DNA of 59,787 nucleotides from Ignavibacteria bacterium (GTDB lineage: Bacteria > Bacteroidota > Ignavibacteria > Tepidaquicellales > OLB5), in assembly GCA_041859235.1 (NCBI GenBank), contig JBHEKV010000165.1:1-59787 (forward strand), written 5' to 3'. The notes under the pieces were generated by a model, which was not told the origin of the DNA, ran no database searches, and saw only the letters and a list, made by a program, of their open reading frames with translations. Shown one piece after another: positions 57,278-59,787 of the stretch. Position 1 is the stretch's first letter. Each line of letters begins with the position of its first letter. The translations under genes were made by a program, and so were the position numbers.

Positions 57278-58534
57278 ATGAGATCTTTTATAGATGTTCC
57301 ACCGGAATCACACTTCCCGATACAAAATCTGCCCTACGGCGTTTATAAATTAAAAGTGGGCTCAGAGCCTGTATGCGGAACAGCAATTGGCGATTACGTT
57401 GTTGATCTTTCTATCCTTGAAGAAAAAGGGTACTTCAGGAAGACACTTCTGGGAGAAAAGAGAATATTCCGTAATCCCAATCTAAATGCGTTTATGGCTC
57501 TTGGACGCGAAGCGTGGAAGCAGGTGCGTACTGTACTGCAAATGGCACTGAGTGATGAGAATCCTCTTTTGAGGGATGATAAGGAATTGCAGAAGATAGT
57601 ATTTACACCAATGAAGGATGTTGTTATGTGCCTGCCTGCTGAAATAGGTGACTACACAGATTTTTATTCTTCCCGTGAGCATGCTACAAATGTAGGTATT
57701 ATGTTCCGCGGTAAAGATAACGCGCTTATGCCTAACTGGCTGCATATTCCTATTGGATACCACGGAAGGGCAAGCTCTATTATAGTAAGCGGCACCGATG
57801 TAACCCGCCCCAAGGGACAGACTAAGCCTGCAAATGAGGAAAATCCTGTGTTTGGACCGACCAAACTGCTTGATTTTGAGCTTGAAATGGGCTTTTTTAT
57901 CGGTCCCGGAAACTCACTGGGAGAAGCTATTCCCGTTAACAGAACTTATGACCATATTTTTGGTATGGTACTGGTTAATGACTGGAGCGCAAGGGACATT
58001 CAAACATGGGAATACCAGCCGCTCGGACCGTTTTTAGCCAAAAATTTTGCAACTTCCATATCACCCTGGATTGTTACTATGGAAGCGCTGGAACCTTTCA
58101 GGGTTAAAGGACCCGAACAGGATCCCAAACCAATGGAGTATCTTGCATCTAAAGGTGACTGGGCTTACGATATAAACCTTGATGTTTTTTTGAAAAGCGA
58201 AAAAGAAAAGGAACCATTCAAAATTTCCGGTTCCAATTTTAAATATATGTACTGGAACATTTGCCAGCAATTGGCGCATCATACCGTGAACGGATGCAAT
58301 ACAAAAACAGGTGATATGATGGCATCGGGTACTATCAGCGGACCAACCAAAGATTCATACGGCTCTATGCTGGAACTGACATGGCGGGGCGAGAATCCAA
58401 TAAAATTACCGGGCGGTGAAGAAAGAAAATTCATAAATGATGGTGACACATTAATTATAAACGGCTACTGTCAGGGAGATGGTTACAAAGTAGGATTCGG
58501 GGAAGTTGCAGGAAAAATACTTCCTGCAAAGTAG
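57278..58534 (+). CDS. fahA: Fumarylacetoacetase
   Basis: SFIDVPPESHFPIQNLPYGVY at the N-terminus. The 418-aa length and C-terminal FAH fold motifs match eukaryote-type FAH. Confidence 0.92.
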   Translation: MRSFIDVPPESHFPIQNLPYGVYKLKVGSEPVCGTAIGDYVVDLSILEEKGYFRKTLLGEKRIFRNPNLNAFMALGREAWKQVRTVLQMALSDENPLLRDDKELQKIVFTPMKDVVMCLPAEIGDYTDFYSSREHATNVGIMFRGKDNALMPNWLHIPIGYHGRASSIIVSGTDVTRPKGQTKPANEENPVFGPTKLLDFELEMGFFIGPGNSLGEAIPVNRTYDHIFGMVLVNDWSARDIQTWEYQPLGPFLAKNFATSISPWIVTMEALEPFRVKGPEQDPKPMEYLASKGDWAYDINLDVFLKSEKEKEPFKISGSNFKYMYWNICQQLAHHTVNGCNTKTGDMMASGTISGPTKDSYGSMLELTWRGENPIKLPGGEERKFINDGDTLIINGYCQGDGYKVGFGEVAGKILPAK

Positions 58535-58553
58535 CACCAATTAAACAGGCAAA

Positions 58554-58652
58554 ATGTTTACATATATAATATACGGACTCGCGGCAGTTTTTCTTTTGTT
58601 TCTTTTGTACGCGGCATTTATGTTTACTGTCGCGTTTTTCAAAAAGAACTGA
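58554..58652 (+). CDS. Possible small hydrophobic peptide (32 aa)
   Basis: MFTYIIYGLAAVFLLFLLYAAFMFTVAFFKKN is a single TM-like helix. No other support. Confidence 0.2.
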   Translation: MFTYIIYGLAAVFLLFLLYAAFMFTVAFFKKN

Positions 58653-58710
58653 AACAGGGATCTAATTCTGAAAGAATTGTGCGTTCATTTGATGCCGTAC
58701 TAAAACTTCT

Positions 58711-59361
58711 ATGCTTACAGAACATCATATACCCGTAACACGAACTGCAAGATATTTCACTCTTGGAGAATTTACAGATAATACAAAAGACATCTGGATT
58801 GTTCTGCACGGCCACCGTCAGCTTGCCGGTAAATTTATATTGCAGTTCGAAGAACTTGCCAAAGCAGGCTGCTTCATTTACGCACCTGAAGGATTAATGA
58901 GGCTGTATGTAAAGGGTGATCACGGAGATGTTGGCGCATCGTGGATGACCAAAGAAGACCGCGAAAGTGATATCAAAGATTATGTGAACTATCTCGACAG
59001 GCTTTTCTTTGATGAAATTGAACCTAAATCAAAGTTATACAATCTGAAGATTAACACTCTTGGATTCTCGCAAGGCTCAGCAACTCTTGCACGCTGGTTA
59101 ACACTCGGCAGAGCAAAAGTGAATAAAGCTGTATTCTGGTGCGGTAGTTTGGCACACGATCTGGATTACAAGGATTATCCGAACTTTATGAATACGGAAA
59201 TTCATCAGGTATTTGCATCAAATGATCCTTATTATAAAGGTGATTTTCCCGAATCACAAATTCAGTTATTAAAAAATGCCGGCATTCAGCCTAAGTCATA
59301 TATATTTGACGGAGGACATGAGATAAGTGTCGAATTGTTGAAAAAAGCCGGGTTAGTATAG
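58711..59361 (+). CDS. Alpha/beta hydrolase (phospholipase/carboxylesterase-like)
   Basis: Nucleophile elbow GFSQGSA and C-terminal DGGHE. Confidence 0.7.
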   Translation: MLTEHHIPVTRTARYFTLGEFTDNTKDIWIVLHGHRQLAGKFILQFEELAKAGCFIYAPEGLMRLYVKGDHGDVGASWMTKEDRESDIKDYVNYLDRLFFDEIEPKSKLYNLKINTLGFSQGSATLARWLTLGRAKVNKAVFWCGSLAHDLDYKDYPNFMNTEIHQVFASNDPYYKGDFPESQIQLLKNAGIQPKSYIFDGGHEISVELLKKAGLV

Positions 59362-59383
59362 AAATCCGTGCCAAAATGTACCT

Positions 59384-59412
59384 TTGCGAGGAGCGAAGCG
59401 ACGAAGCAATCT
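59384..59412. repeat. Hairpin repeat family E, inverted copy
   Basis: ttgcgaggagcgaagcgacgaagcaatctc. Its reverse complement shares the core with 46065-46100. Confidence 0.5.
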
Positions 59413-59620
59413 CATTAATAGAACATATAATTCACTATAGAAATACGTCCCACTTCGAAGGAGCACTTTGAATCCTGCCGCTATTAGCCTCAAGCCTTTC
59501 AGTTTTTTTTCAATTCCATGCAATAAATGCTTTTTCCTTTATGACATAAATCATAATTTAAGTTGAAATTTTTGAATAATTTTGTAATAGTGAATATTAA
59601 TTTTCCCTAAAGGAGAAAAA

Positions 59621-59787
59621 ATGAGCTTTAGAACTATAATTGAACCCTTTAAAATAAAAGAAGTTGAACCTCTTAGCGTTACCACCGAAGAAGAACGGGT
59701 AAAATACCTCAGGGAGGCGCATTTCAATCCTTTCATGCTTAAATCAGAGCATGTGCTGATCGATTTCTTAACTGATAGCGGAACATC
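59621..59787 (+). CDS. Beta-eliminating lyase (tryptophanase / tyrosine phenol-lyase), N-terminal fragment running off the window
   Basis: Hand translation gives [55 protein letters not shown], the characteristic TnaA/Tpl N-terminus. AGGAG lies 6 nt upstream. Confidence 0.8.
   Translation, partial: MSFRTIIEPFKIKEVEPLSVTTEEERVKYLREAHFNPFMLKSEHVLIDFLTDSGT

Noticed and set aside
59551-59736. 61-aa minus-strand ORF.
   Set aside because: It is antisense to the start and RBS of the clearly recognisable tryptophanase/Tpl gene.

Overview
59.8-kb chromosomal segment from an AT-rich bacterium. It probably belongs to the FCB superphylum (Ignavibacteriota/Bacteroidota-like). That is an inference from five proteins ending in a T9SS type-A sorting domain (NYPNPFNP...YFY...K-hhhhK), TAnnTTTG-type -7 boxes upstream of several genes, and often weak Shine-Dalgarno sequences. 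Most of the window is housekeeping:
- ccmC-ccmD-ccmE
- pyrG-kdsB-gatC-plsC on the minus strand
- carA-carB
- der-polyprenyl synthase-tatC-glyA on the minus strand
- glgA and a gmhB-like gene
- hutI and a fused formiminotransferase-cyclodeaminase
- trpF, lysA, fahA, and a truncated tryptophanase/tyrosine phenol-lyase at the right edge.
Accessory content:
- a hicBA module and a DUF4160/DUF2442 pair wedged into the ccm operon
- a REP-associated tyrosine transposase (RAYT) flanked by its palindromic REPs
- several families of short intergenic hairpin repeats
- secreted T9SS cargo: two FG-GAP/ASPIC paralogs, a BNR propeller, an S8 protease and a choice-of-anchor-like protein.
I recognised no rRNA, tRNA, CRISPR array, integrase or classic defence genes.
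Observations most worth following:
1. A diverged ghost copy of the carB 3' end lies 2.3 kb downstream of the real carB stop and brackets one T9SS cargo gene. Its substitution pattern (many synonymous changes) suggests replacement of the carB tail by foreign DNA.
2. The RAYT/REP unit.
3. TA-like cassettes interleaved with a CxxxY-type ccmE.
4. Two tandem stand-alone 134-aa paralogs with a conserved Cys pair.
5. A 174-aa minimal kinase-like protein.
6. An uncharacterised 324-aa gene translationally coupled to fumarylacetoacetase.
All family assignments come from reading motifs by eye. No database search was run.
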